A stretch of DNA of 64,000 nt. It comes from Actinomycetota bacterium (GTDB lineage: Bacteria; Actinomycetota; Acidimicrobiia; Acidimicrobiales; RAAP-2). Positions 47,163 through 55,802 of this stretch are shown here, piece after piece. Position 1 is the first letter of the stretch, and each line of letters starts with the position of its first letter. Under the pieces are notes generated by a model. The model was not told the DNA's origin. It saw only the letters and a list, made by a program, of their open reading frames with translations, and did not search any database. Both the position numbers and the translations under genes were made by a program. The DNA is taken from positions 25,925-89,924 of the forward strand of contig JARCRU010000133.1 of NCBI GenBank assembly GCA_029850535.1. Direction: 5' to 3'.

Positions 47163-48281
47163 TCATTCTCCTCGTGCAAGATGGTACGCGACGAGGTGCT
47201 GATCCACACATCGAGCCCAGGTGAACTGCTCGGCGCGCTCGCGGCCCCGCTGCGCGCTCTGGACGCGCTGGAGGGTCGACTGCGAGAGCAGTTCGAGCAT
47301 GGCGCGCGACAGATCAGTGGCGGAACCGGCGGCGGTGAGCGTGGCGCAGGATCCGGCGACTTCTTCCATCACGGTGTCGCGCGAGGTCACGACCGGCACG
47401 CCGCAGGCCAACGCCTCGAGGACCGGTAGACCGAAGCCCTCGCCGCGCGAGGGATACACCGCCGCACGCGAGGCCCGCAGCAGCGGGGCGAGCGCACCGT
47501 CGGGGACGAAACCGAGTCGACGGATTCGAGCCGACGCCGGGTGGGTCGCTAGGCGACCCTCCACCTCGCTGACGCCCCAGCCGTGCTGACCGGCCAACCA
47601 GAGTTCGACCAGTGGGTGCTCGGTGGCGACCGTTGTGAAGGCGTCGAGTAGTACGTCAATGCCCTTGCGCGGTTCGAAGGTTCCCACGAAGAGGAAGTAG
47701 TCGACCTGGGTGTCGAGTCCGTGCTCACGCAGGACCCGCTCGTCGTCCGCTCCCTCGATCGTGAAACGATCGAGGTCCACCCCGAGGGGGGCGACGACGA
47801 CGGGGGCGTGGCCCTCGAGGAGTTCGTCGATCAGACGCGCGGTGTACTCACTGACCGACACGATGGCGCGAGCGTGGACGGCGGCGTAGGTAATCGCTCG
47901 ACGGAAGAAGGCGACCTTGGCGCGCTCGTGCCACTCGGGATTGGTGAAGAACGTCATATCGTGGATCGTCACGACACTCGGGGTCGTTCCGCGTCGGGGC
48001 ATGGTGTAGTGGGGGCCGTGCCACACGTCGGCCGCGCGCGCCACGTCCGACGTGCCCAGTCGCGTGGCCTCGTAGAACAGTCGCGCCACTCGCGCACTGG
48101 GTACCCGCGGTGCGACTGTCGCCTGGGGCGAGTACTCGCGCCATCGCGCGTCGTCGCCCTTGCGCGTGACCAGTGTGGTGTCCAGTCCACGGCCCGGCAG
48201 TCGCCGCGCCAATTCCACGACGTAGCGTCCCGCGCCCGCGGGCTGGTCCGGGACCGCCGAGGTGTCGAGGGCGAGTTTCAC
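47163..48281 (-). CDS. Glycosyltransferase family 4
   Basis: VTIHD, GTFEPRKG, YPSRGEGFGLPVLEALACG. Confidence 0.92.
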   Translation of the reverse strand: MKLALDTSAVPDQPAGAGRYVVELARRLPGRGLDTTLVTRKGDDARWREYSPQATVAPRVPSARVARLFYEATRLGTSDVARAADVWHGPHYTMPRRGTTPSVVTIHDMTFFTNPEWHERAKVAFFRRAITYAAVHARAIVSVSEYTARLIDELLEGHAPVVVAPLGVDLDRFTIEGADDERVLREHGLDTQVDYFLFVGTFEPRKGIDVLLDAFTTVATEHPLVELWLAGQHGWGVSEVEGRLATHPASARIRRLGFVPDGALAPLLRASRAAVYPSRGEGFGLPVLEALACGVPVVTSRDTVMEEVAGSCATLTAAGSATDLSRAMLELLSQSTLQRVQSAQRGRERAEQFTWARCVDQHLVAYHLARGE

Positions 48282-49354
48282 AGCCACGCCTTGAGGTGGT
48301 CGAGGGCGCAATTGTGCCAGGTCATGTCCGCTACCGACTCACGGCGGCGCTCTCGGCTGAGCACGTCGTCGCCCTGGGCCAGCGCGGCCACCAGACCCTC
48401 CCCGATCGACGACTCGTCGAGCGGGTCGACCAGGACGACTTCCTTGTTGCCCTCGACGCTGGGGCAGTTGCGCGACGCCACCACCCGCGAGCCGGCGTGC
48501 AGGGCCTCCACCGGGGGTAGTCCCCACCCCTCGGCGCGCGGCACGTACACGCACACCGCGGCGTCGCGATAGAGGCCCAGGAGCAGCGCGCGATCCACCA
48601 GGCCCAACACCACTGCGTCACCGGTGTCCACTTGACCCCACCCGATGGGACCGGCGAGCACCAGGGGACCAAGGTCGGGACACTCGCGGTGCGCGTCGCG
48701 GTGCGCGCGCACCAGGCGCTCGACGTTCTTGCGCGGCTCTCGCGTTCCGGCGTAGAAGGTGTAGGGGCCCACGACGCCGTGCGCGAGGAGCGAGTCGCGC
48801 ACCTCCTCACGGTCCGCGGCCGCGACCGCGGTGTCATCCACGCCGAGTCGCGCGAAGCGAATACGGTCGGGATCGATGCCGATTTGAAAGAGCCGCACGC
48901 CCAGTCGTGGCGAGGTGGTGATGATGCGGAGGTGCTCGGCGCGCAGCAGGAACTGAAGCCTCGACTCGTGGAAACGGATGCCGTTGGGCGTCGAGGATCC
49001 GGGTTCGTCGCGCCACAGCAGATCGTGCATGGTCACGGAGTGCACCGCACGTTTCGTCCCACCACCGAAGGGCCCGGCCACCGAGGTGGCGTGAACGACG
49101 TCGGCGTCGTGGGGCACCCCGAAGGGGTAGCTCGGCCACAGTTGCGTCAGGAGCCGCAACGGCAACAAGGTCGATGCCACTTCTATACCCAATTGACGAA
49201 CGGCGGCGGGTCGAGAACGAGGTCCCACCCCGACGATCTCGAGCCCCTCGCCCACGCTCACGAGCCCCTCGACGAGACCGCGGACGTAACTGCCGATCCC
49301 CCCGGGCTGGGGGCGATAGAGCTGGTCCACGCTCAAGGCAATGCGTCGGGTCAT
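48278..49354 (-). CDS. Glycosyltransferase family 4
   Basis: VTMHD, GTREPRKN, EGWGLPPVEAL. Confidence 0.9.
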   Translation of the reverse strand: MTRRIALSVDQLYRPQPGGIGSYVRGLVEGLVSVGEGLEIVGVGPRSRPAAVRQLGIEVASTLLPLRLLTQLWPSYPFGVPHDADVVHATSVAGPFGGGTKRAVHSVTMHDLLWRDEPGSSTPNGIRFHESRLQFLLRAEHLRIITTSPRLGVRLFQIGIDPDRIRFARLGVDDTAVAAADREEVRDSLLAHGVVGPYTFYAGTREPRKNVERLVRAHRDAHRECPDLGPLVLAGPIGWGQVDTGDAVVLGLVDRALLLGLYRDAAVCVYVPRAEGWGLPPVEALHAGSRVVASRNCPSVEGNKEVVLVDPLDESSIGEGLVAALAQGDDVLSRERRRESVADMTWHNCALDHLKAWL

Positions 49355-50358
49355 ACTCGGCTCCGCTGGGCCACGTCGGCGTAGAGAGTGGCGTACGCCG
49401 AGGCCACGTTCCAGGGCGAGAAGTCCGCGGCGCGCGCTCGACCGGCGGCCACGAGGATGGCGCGTCGTGACTCGTTGGTCCACAGATCCTCGAGGGCCTC
49501 CATGGACTCAGCCTCGAGGTGGATCAGCGCGGCCGCGCCGCTGAGCAACTCACGATTGATCTCGGTGGCGCGCGCCAGCGCGGGCACGCCGGCGGCCAGC
49601 GCCGCGATGGTGAAGGAGGGGAAGCGTGCGCCGTCGGAGATCGAGAGCACGCAGCGTGCGCGCACGAGTGCCTCGTCGCCGTGACGGCGCTCCACGAAGG
49701 TGGCCTGTACTCCCGAGGACTGCAGTCGCTGCACCACGGCGGCACTGGCCACCACGATGAGCGACGTGTCGTGTCGCGCCACGAAGGCTTGCAATTCCGC
49801 GGCGAGGGTGACGAAGCGCTCGGTGTTGCCCGTGACGCTCACCACCAGTGCATCCCCGTTCGTCGTGGGTGCGACGTGACCGACCGGTGGTCGCACCACG
49901 ACGATCTCGGGCCGCTCCAGGCCCATCACCTCCATCACCTCGTGACGCGCGGTGCGACTCGACACGACGAGCACCGCGCCGCGCGACACCGCGCGGCGCA
50001 GTTGGCCCACGCGCTGGTGCAAGTGCTCCTCGCGAAGGGGTCGAAGGTCGTCGACCGAGATCAGGAGTGGCACGTCGCGCGTGGGCGGCGTGGCCCGGCC
50101 GGCCACGTGGATGACGTCCAGTGGCGGCAACATCGTGTCGATCGCGCGGCCACGACCGTGACGCCACCACGGGGACCAGAAGGCCCGCAGCGACAGCCGC
50201 ACCTCGTCGTGTGACTGGCGCGGAGAAATCGTGCGCAGCCGACACAGTTGCAGGTCACCGCGCTCATCGAGCGCGGTCGCGAGGTCGAACATGGAATTGC
50301 TCATGGACTCGAGTGACCCGTCGAGGTCCAGTCCCACGCGCAACCGCGACGAACTCAC
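49351..50358 (-). CDS. Degenerate GT4-like protein
   Basis: GT-B layout (DVIH, ISVDDL, VSSRTARHE, ALAAGVP, FSPW) but ARFPSFTIAA replaces EGFGxxxxEA; coupled by GTGA/ATGA overlaps. Confidence 0.65.
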   Translation of the reverse strand: MSSSRLRVGLDLDGSLESMSNSMFDLATALDERGDLQLCRLRTISPRQSHDEVRLSLRAFWSPWWRHGRGRAIDTMLPPLDVIHVAGRATPPTRDVPLLISVDDLRPLREEHLHQRVGQLRRAVSRGAVLVVSSRTARHEVMEVMGLERPEIVVVRPPVGHVAPTTNGDALVVSVTGNTERFVTLAAELQAFVARHDTSLIVVASAAVVQRLQSSGVQATFVERRHGDEALVRARCVLSISDGARFPSFTIAALAAGVPALARATEINRELLSGAAALIHLEAESMEALEDLWTNESRRAILVAAGRARAADFSPWNVASAYATLYADVAQRSRV

Positions 50359-51167
50359 GAGGCGAGTACCGCGTGCCGGACCTTCGAGGTCCACGCGGGC
50401 CAGAGGTCGCGCGCCCACGGTCCGAAGTCGACGGTGCTGGTGGCCACGAGGCAAATGCCCTCATCCACGTTCGCGAGCAACATCGCGCCACTGCGGCCAA
50501 AGTGTCCAAAGGACGAGGGGGGCCAATCACCCATCCAGTGCAGCTTGTCGCCGCGCAGCTCGACGCCCAGGCCCCAGGGGCACGGGGCGAAACGCCCGAA
50601 ACCCGGCACGACGCCCGCGAGCTCCGGCAAGAAGGCCGTCGTCGTCGCGTCGCGGCGCTGCGTCGTCGTCAACGTGGGCTGGACCCACTCGCGCGCGAAG
50701 TCCGCGAGGTCCCTGGTCGAACCGACGGCCCCCTCGGCGGCACGACCCCGCAGACTCGTGGTCGAGAGCCCCAGGGGAGTGAGCACTCGCTCATCGAGCC
50801 ACTCGCCGACGCGCTCGCCCTGCGCCAGGTGGGCCGCGGCCAGATCGATCCCGACGTTGGAATAGACCCGTCGGACGCCGGGCGCCACCACCGGGTCGCC
50901 GCTCTCCAGCCCCAGTCCGCTCGCGTGGGCTAACAAGTGTGCCAAGGTCGAGCCCTCGGGACCGAGCGCTTCGTCGAGGCGAGCGCGCGCCTCGTGAAGT
51001 TCGATGGCCCCCGCCCACGCCGTGAGGAGTTTGCTGACCGACGCCCACGCCCGCGGAGCGTCGAGGTCACCGTGCGCCGCCACGGTCTGCCAGGTGCCTG
51101 AGCGCCGGGCCGAGACGATGACCGCCGGCTCACCCGGCCATCCGACTGCGAGCAACGACGGGTCCAC
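50355..51167 (-). CDS. Serine hydrolase (beta-lactamase family)
   Basis: ASVSK (SxxK), LLAHASGL, YSN, FGHFGRSG. Confidence 0.88.
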   Translation of the reverse strand: MDPSLLAVGWPGEPAVIVSARRSGTWQTVAAHGDLDAPRAWASVSKLLTAWAGAIELHEARARLDEALGPEGSTLAHLLAHASGLGLESGDPVVAPGVRRVYSNVGIDLAAAHLAQGERVGEWLDERVLTPLGLSTTSLRGRAAEGAVGSTRDLADFAREWVQPTLTTTQRRDATTTAFLPELAGVVPGFGRFAPCPWGLGVELRGDKLHWMGDWPPSSFGHFGRSGAMLLANVDEGICLVATSTVDFGPWARDLWPAWTSKVRHAVLAS

Positions 51168-51204
51168 GTCCTCCAATCTACCGGGACGACCTAAAGTCTC
51201 CGGG

Positions 51205-52119
51205 GTGATCACTGTGCTCAGCGGAGGCGTCGGGGCGGCGCGGCTACTGCGCGCCCTGCGTCGACACGACGCCGACGTCGAACTCAGCGCCGTGGTGAAC
51301 GTGGGCGATGACCTCGTGATGCACGGACTCACCATCTGTCCCGACCTCGATACCATCATGTACACCCTCGCCGGGGCCCATAACGACGAGCTCGGCTGGG
51401 GACTCGCGAACGAGACGTGGCGCGTGATGCAGCGTCTGGGCGAACTCGGGGGCGAGAACTGGTTCGCCCTGGGTGACCTCGACCTCGCCACGCACCTCTA
51501 TCGCAGCCAGCGCCTCGCCCAGGGCGCCACCAAGACCGACGTCAGTCGCGAGCTCGCCGCGAGGTTCGGTCTCGACGTGGCGCTCCTGCCCGTGAGTGAT
51601 GACCCCATCGCCACCGAATTCGATACGGCGCTGGGGCCGCTGAGCTTCCAGGAATATTTCGTGCGCCATCGCCACGACGTTGTCGTCAACGCGGTGCGAG
51701 TGCGCGGCGCGGCGGCCGCGGTCCTGAGCGACCCGGCGCGCGACGCCCTCGAGCGCTCGTCGCGCATCGTCATCGCGCCGTCGAATCCGCTGATCTCGAT
51801 CGACCCTATCCTGCGGGTCCCCGGCGTCGCCGACATCCTGACTCGCCGTCGCGATGACGTCGTCGCGGTCTCCCCCCTGGTGGGGGGCGCGGCGATCAAG
51901 GGCCCCGCGGACCGACTCATGCGAGAACTCGGCCACGAGGTCAACGCCGTGGGCGTCGCGCGCTTCTACCAGGGAATGGTGGGCACGATGATCATCGACG
52001 TCGTCGACGCCGATCAGGCCGACGCGGTGGCGAACACTGGCTGCGACGTTCGCGTCACCACCACGGTGATGTCCCGCGACGACCACGCCCTGGCCCTGGC
52101 CGACGCGGTGCGCTCGTGA
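51205..52119 (+). CDS. cofD: 2-phospho-L-lactate transferase (F420 biosynthesis)
   Basis: LSGGVGAAR, NVGDD, ICPDLDT, WFALGDLDLATH, APSNPLISI, IKGPA. Confidence 0.94.
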   Translation: MITVLSGGVGAARLLRALRRHDADVELSAVVNVGDDLVMHGLTICPDLDTIMYTLAGAHNDELGWGLANETWRVMQRLGELGGENWFALGDLDLATHLYRSQRLAQGATKTDVSRELAARFGLDVALLPVSDDPIATEFDTALGPLSFQEYFVRHRHDVVVNAVRVRGAAAAVLSDPARDALERSSRIVIAPSNPLISIDPILRVPGVADILTRRRDDVVAVSPLVGGAAIKGPADRLMRELGHEVNAVGVARFYQGMVGTMIIDVVDADQADAVANTGCDVRVTTTVMSRDDHALALADAVRS

Positions 52120-52826
52120 ACCAGTTGCTCCTCTTCGCCCTCGACGGCGTCGGTGAGATCACCGCTGGTGACGACCTGGTGGGCGCCTTCCTCGACGCCC
52201 TGGACGCGGGCGCCCACGAACTCGCGCACCACGACGTCGTCGTCGTCACCTCCAAGGTGGTCTCGAAGTCCGAGGGCCGGGTCGTGGCCTTCGACGGTAC
52301 CGCCGAACACCGAGAACGACTCATCGTCCAGGAGTCGACACGCATCCTGCGCCGCCGCGGCCCCCTGCGCATCACCGAGACGCCCCACGGCTTCGTCAAC
52401 GCCAACGCCGGCATCGACCACTCCAACACCGCCGAGGGGACCGCGGTGCTGCTGCCCAAGGATCCCGACCGTTCCGCGCGGCGATTCCGGGCCGAGATCG
52501 CGCGTCGCCGCGGCGTCGAGGTCGGGGTCATCGTAACCGACACGTTTGGTCGCACGTGGCGCAACGGGGTCGTCGACGTGGCGTTGGGCTGCGCCGGGCT
52601 GCGCCCGATCCTGGACCTGCGCGGCACGGTGGACGCCCTCGGACGCACCCTGGAGGTGACCGAGGTCGCCCTCGTCGACGAAGTGGCCGCGGCCGCCAAT
52701 CTGGTGCTCGCCAAGGATGCCGGTACGCCCTTCGCCGTGGTGCGAGGGCTCTCCGAGCGCTACTTCGGCGAGGGGTCCGTGGGCGAACACGTCGTGCGCG
52801 CTGCCCACGGTGACCTGTTTCGCTAG
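52116..52826 (+). CDS. cofE: Coenzyme F420-0:L-glutamate ligase (single domain)
   Basis: VVTSKVVSKSEGR, ANAGIDHSN, LLPKDPD, TDTFGRTWRNG, DEVAAAANL. Confidence 0.94.
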   Translation: MNQLLLFALDGVGEITAGDDLVGAFLDALDAGAHELAHHDVVVVTSKVVSKSEGRVVAFDGTAEHRERLIVQESTRILRRRGPLRITETPHGFVNANAGIDHSNTAEGTAVLLPKDPDRSARRFRAEIARRRGVEVGVIVTDTFGRTWRNGVVDVALGCAGLRPILDLRGTVDALGRTLEVTEVALVDEVAAAANLVLAKDAGTPFAVVRGLSERYFGEGSVGEHVVRAAHGDLFR

Positions 52827-52827
52827 G

Positions 52828-53868
52828 TCAGATCCCGCCCGATTGGCCCGCACCCAATTGGACATCACCCGAGAATTGCGATCCCTCGGCCACACTGACC
52901 TCCGCCCCCACGACGCACGTGGGACCGAGCACCGACGTCGTGCCGATGACCGCGCGTGGGCCAATGATGGAGGAGCGGATCTGCACGTTGTCCTGCACCA
53001 CCGCTCCCGGCATCAAGATCACGTCCTCGAGGACGACGTTCTCGCCCACCACGCAGTTGCGGTCCACGACCGCGTTGACCAAGCGTGCGCTGTCGGCCAC
53101 CCGACTGGTGCTGTGGCACCAGGTGGTGCCCACCAGACCCTGCGCCAGGCGCGTGGCGTCGCGGCCGTTGAGAACGTCGATGTTGGCCTGCAGGAAGGTG
53201 GCCGGCGTTCCGGTGTCGAGCCAGTAGGCGTCGTCGGCCATGGCGAAGAGGGTTCCGGCGGCGGCCAGGGCGGGAAAGACCTCGCGCTCCACGCTCACCC
53301 GGCGCCCGGCGTCGATGCGCGCCAGGACCGAGGGTTCCAAGACGTAGGTGCCCGCGTTGATCAGATTAGTGGGCGCCTCCTCGCGCGGCGGCTTCTCGAT
53401 GAAGGCCTCCACCCGACCGTCGTCGTTGGTCACCACCACGCCGAAGCGTGAAGGGTCCTGCACCGGATGCAGAGCGATGGTGCCCTCGGCGCCGTGAGCG
53501 CGGTGGAACGCCACCAGGGCCGTGACGTCAAGGTCGGTGAGCACGTCGCCGTTCACCACCAAGAATGTCTCATCGATTCCGGCGTACTCCGCGGCGAAGC
53601 GGATGGCGCCCGCGGTATCGAGGGGCTCGGGTTCGACGGCGTAGGAGATCTTCACTCCAGCGATGGACCCGTCGGGGTAGGCCGAGATGAAGTGGTTGGG
53701 CAAGTAGCCCAGGGACAGCACGACCTCACTAATACCGTGCTGGGCCAGCATCTCAAAGACGCACTCGATCATCGGCACGCCCACCAAGGGCAGCATCTGC
53801 TTGGGCATCTCGTACGTCAGGGGACGCAGTCGAGTTCCCATCCCGCCGACCAGGATGATCGACTTCAA
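52828..53868 (-). CDS. manC: Mannose-1-phosphate guanylyltransferase-like NDP-sugar pyrophosphorylase
   Basis: LVGGMGTRLRPLT, EPEPLDTAG, NGDVL, FIEKP, INAGTY, WLDTGTP, hexapeptide tail. Confidence 0.85.
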   Translation of the reverse strand: MKSIILVGGMGTRLRPLTYEMPKQMLPLVGVPMIECVFEMLAQHGISEVVLSLGYLPNHFISAYPDGSIAGVKISYAVEPEPLDTAGAIRFAAEYAGIDETFLVVNGDVLTDLDVTALVAFHRAHGAEGTIALHPVQDPSRFGVVVTNDDGRVEAFIEKPPREEAPTNLINAGTYVLEPSVLARIDAGRRVSVEREVFPALAAAGTLFAMADDAYWLDTGTPATFLQANIDVLNGRDATRLAQGLVGTTWCHSTSRVADSARLVNAVVDRNCVVGENVVLEDVILMPGAVVQDNVQIRSSIIGPRAVIGTTSVLGPTCVVGAEVSVAEGSQFSGDVQLGAGQSGGI

Positions 53869-53870
53869 AT

Positions 53871-54665
53871 TTAACCCTTCGCGGTCGTCGTGGTCGCAGC
53901 CTTCGTCGCCGTCGTGGTGGTCGTCGTGGGAGCGGTCGTCGTGGCGACGCCCGCCGTCGTCGTCGTGGTCGTCGCGCTACTGGCCTGGTAGGAGACCATG
54001 GCGTTCACCGTGGCGGCGCTCGGGGGCGTGGGCGTGACGCCCTTAGGCACGAACGCCATGGTGACGCGCATGTCCTGGGCGAACTTGATCGAGGAGGGAT
54101 TCGTCGTGAGGGTCGGCTTGGTCTGGCTGAATGACGTCCAGTAGGCGTACACCACCTGGCCGGCTTTCTTGGGGTACTTCGACGTCGTCGGGCACAGCTG
54201 GCCGTTGCGATAGGTCGTCGCGGCGTTGGCGACGCCCGCCGCCGACGGGATACCGAGTTCGGTCGAACTCGCCACGAGTCCGGGGAACTCCACCGCGAAC
54301 TGACCCAGGGTGGCGTGATTGCCCGAGTCGGCGGCCGACACCGGCGAGATCTGAATGACGTTGTTGGCCTGGACCTTCAAGCCGTAGATACTGCTCGGAT
54401 CGGCCTTGAGGTAGGGCAGCGACTCTCCGCACACGTCCACGTTGAGCGCCGCGAACCAAGTGGTGCCAATTGTGGGGGGCGTTCCGCTGGCCGCACTGGC
54501 CGGGTGCTGGTAGTCGTAGCGCGCGAAGACGGTCGAGGCTAGGCCGAGAACCACGACCAGGACCAGGACCGCGTAGTAGTTGGTCGGTCGCGTCTTCTTA
54601 TAGGCCTTGCTACCGCCCGAGGCTCCGACTTTGCTGACCCATTTACCTGCTGCGCTCTTAGCCAC
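53871..54665 (-). CDS. Hypothetical membrane-anchored protein with Thr-rich C-terminal tail
   Basis: Basic N-terminus, single TM helix, two Cys, tail SSATTTTTTAGVATTTAPTTTTTTATKAATTTTAKG; TAGCGT 7 nt before GTG 54665. Confidence 0.7.
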   Translation of the reverse strand: MAKSAAGKWVSKVGASGGSKAYKKTRPTNYYAVLVLVVVLGLASTVFARYDYQHPASAASGTPPTIGTTWFAALNVDVCGESLPYLKADPSSIYGLKVQANNVIQISPVSAADSGNHATLGQFAVEFPGLVASSTELGIPSAAGVANAATTYRNGQLCPTTSKYPKKAGQVVYAYWTSFSQTKPTLTTNPSSIKFAQDMRVTMAFVPKGVTPTPPSAATVNAMVSYQASSATTTTTTAGVATTTAPTTTTTTATKAATTTTAKG

Positions 54666-54785
54666 GGAGACAACGCTACTAAAAATTCGCTCTCCCCTCG
54701 TCGAGAGGGCTCGTGGACGCTGAAGAGTCGGGCCTTTCGCGGGCAATCTCGCGGGGGTGGCGAGCGCCACTCGTTACCATGTCGT

Positions 54786-55583
54786 ATGCGTTTGGTCTCG
54801 TGGAACATCAATGGAATACGTGCGGTGCAGCGAAAGGGGCTGTTCGTACCCTTCGTGGAGTCCCTCTCACCCGACGTGATATGCCTCCAGGAGACCAAGG
54901 CCGAACAGCACCAGTCCGAGCACGTCATCGAGGGCTACCAGGAATACTGGCATTCCGCGCAGAAGAAGGGGTACTCCGGCACCGCCATTTTTTCTCGGCC
55001 CACGCCACTGAGCGTCGTGTCAGGCATGCCGAGCGCTCTCGTCAATAAGTACTCCCTCCACAATGACGCTTTCGGCAACCCTAACGACGAGGGCCGCACC
55101 GTGACCGCGGAGTACGACGACTTCTACCTGGTCACCGTCTACACCCCTAACGCCAAGGGCGACCTCAGCCGACTGCGCCAGCGTCACGAGCAGTGGGACC
55201 CGGCGTTCCTCGCCTACCTCAAGAGACTCGAGAAGAAGAAGCCCGTCGTGGTCTGTGGTGACCTCAACGTGGCGCACACTCCCGATGACCTCGCCAATCC
55301 CAAGGCCAACGTGGGCAAGGCGGGCTACACCAACGAAGAACGCCAACGATTCGAGGAGCTGTTGGGGGCGGGCTTCGTCGACTCCTTTCGGCTCTTCACC
55401 CAGGGCAACGGTCACTACACGTGGTGGTCGAACTTCTCGGCGGCGCGCGCGCGTAACGTGGGATGGCGCATTGACTACTTCTTGGTGTCGCGCAGCTTCG
55501 TGCCTCGCGTGATCGCCGCGGAGATCCACGCCGACGTGATGGGTTCGGACCACTGCCCGGTATCGCTCACCCTCGACATCTGA
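54786..55583 (+). CDS. xth: Exodeoxyribonuclease III
   Basis: SWNINGIRA, CLQETK, GYSGTA, VYTPN, GDLNVAH, GWRIDYF, SDHCP. Confidence 0.96.
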   Translation: MRLVSWNINGIRAVQRKGLFVPFVESLSPDVICLQETKAEQHQSEHVIEGYQEYWHSAQKKGYSGTAIFSRPTPLSVVSGMPSALVNKYSLHNDAFGNPNDEGRTVTAEYDDFYLVTVYTPNAKGDLSRLRQRHEQWDPAFLAYLKRLEKKKPVVVCGDLNVAHTPDDLANPKANVGKAGYTNEERQRFEELLGAGFVDSFRLFTQGNGHYTWWSNFSAARARNVGWRIDYFLVSRSFVPRVIAAEIHADVMGSDHCPVSLTLDI

Positions 55584-55610
55584 CCGCTACCCCGGGCGCA
55601 GCGACGCCGG

Positions 55611-55637
55611 GACGCGGGCCCTCAGCGCGCCCGCGTC
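55611..55637. terminator. Hairpin between convergent xth and tRNA genes
   Basis: gacgcgggc / gcccgcgtc 9-bp stem, extendable by flanking acgccg/cggcgt. Confidence 0.6.
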
Positions 55638-55643
55638 GCGGCG

Positions 55644-55717
55644 TAGGGGCGAAGGGATTCGAACCCTCACTGGAGGCGGTTTAAGCGCCCTGCCTCTGCC
55701 AATTGGGCTACGCCCCC
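55644..55717 (-). tRNA. tRNA-Leu(TAA), 74 nt, short variable loop, CCA not encoded
   Basis: Cloverleaf read manually: acceptor GGGGGCG/CGCCCCT+A; D arm GCC-CAATTGGCAGA-GGC; anticodon arm GGGCG-CTTAAAC-CGCCT; variable CCAGT; T arm GAGGG-TTCGAAT-CCCTT. Confidence 0.93.
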
Positions 55718-55802
55718 ACGCGCGCTCGGCGAACTAACGCTAACGCATCAATTCGCCCACAAATCTCCCGGCCCCACGAAATGGGGTCACTAGGATTGAG
55801 CC

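Noticed and set aside
53880-53990. gtc/gtg trinucleotide-like repeats
   Set aside because: They simply encode the Thr-rich protein tail; not an independent DNA repeat element.
55584-55802. tRNA-Leu as the integration site of a genomic island
   Set aside because: No duplicated tRNA 3' end or integrase in the window, and the flanks are housekeeping genes.
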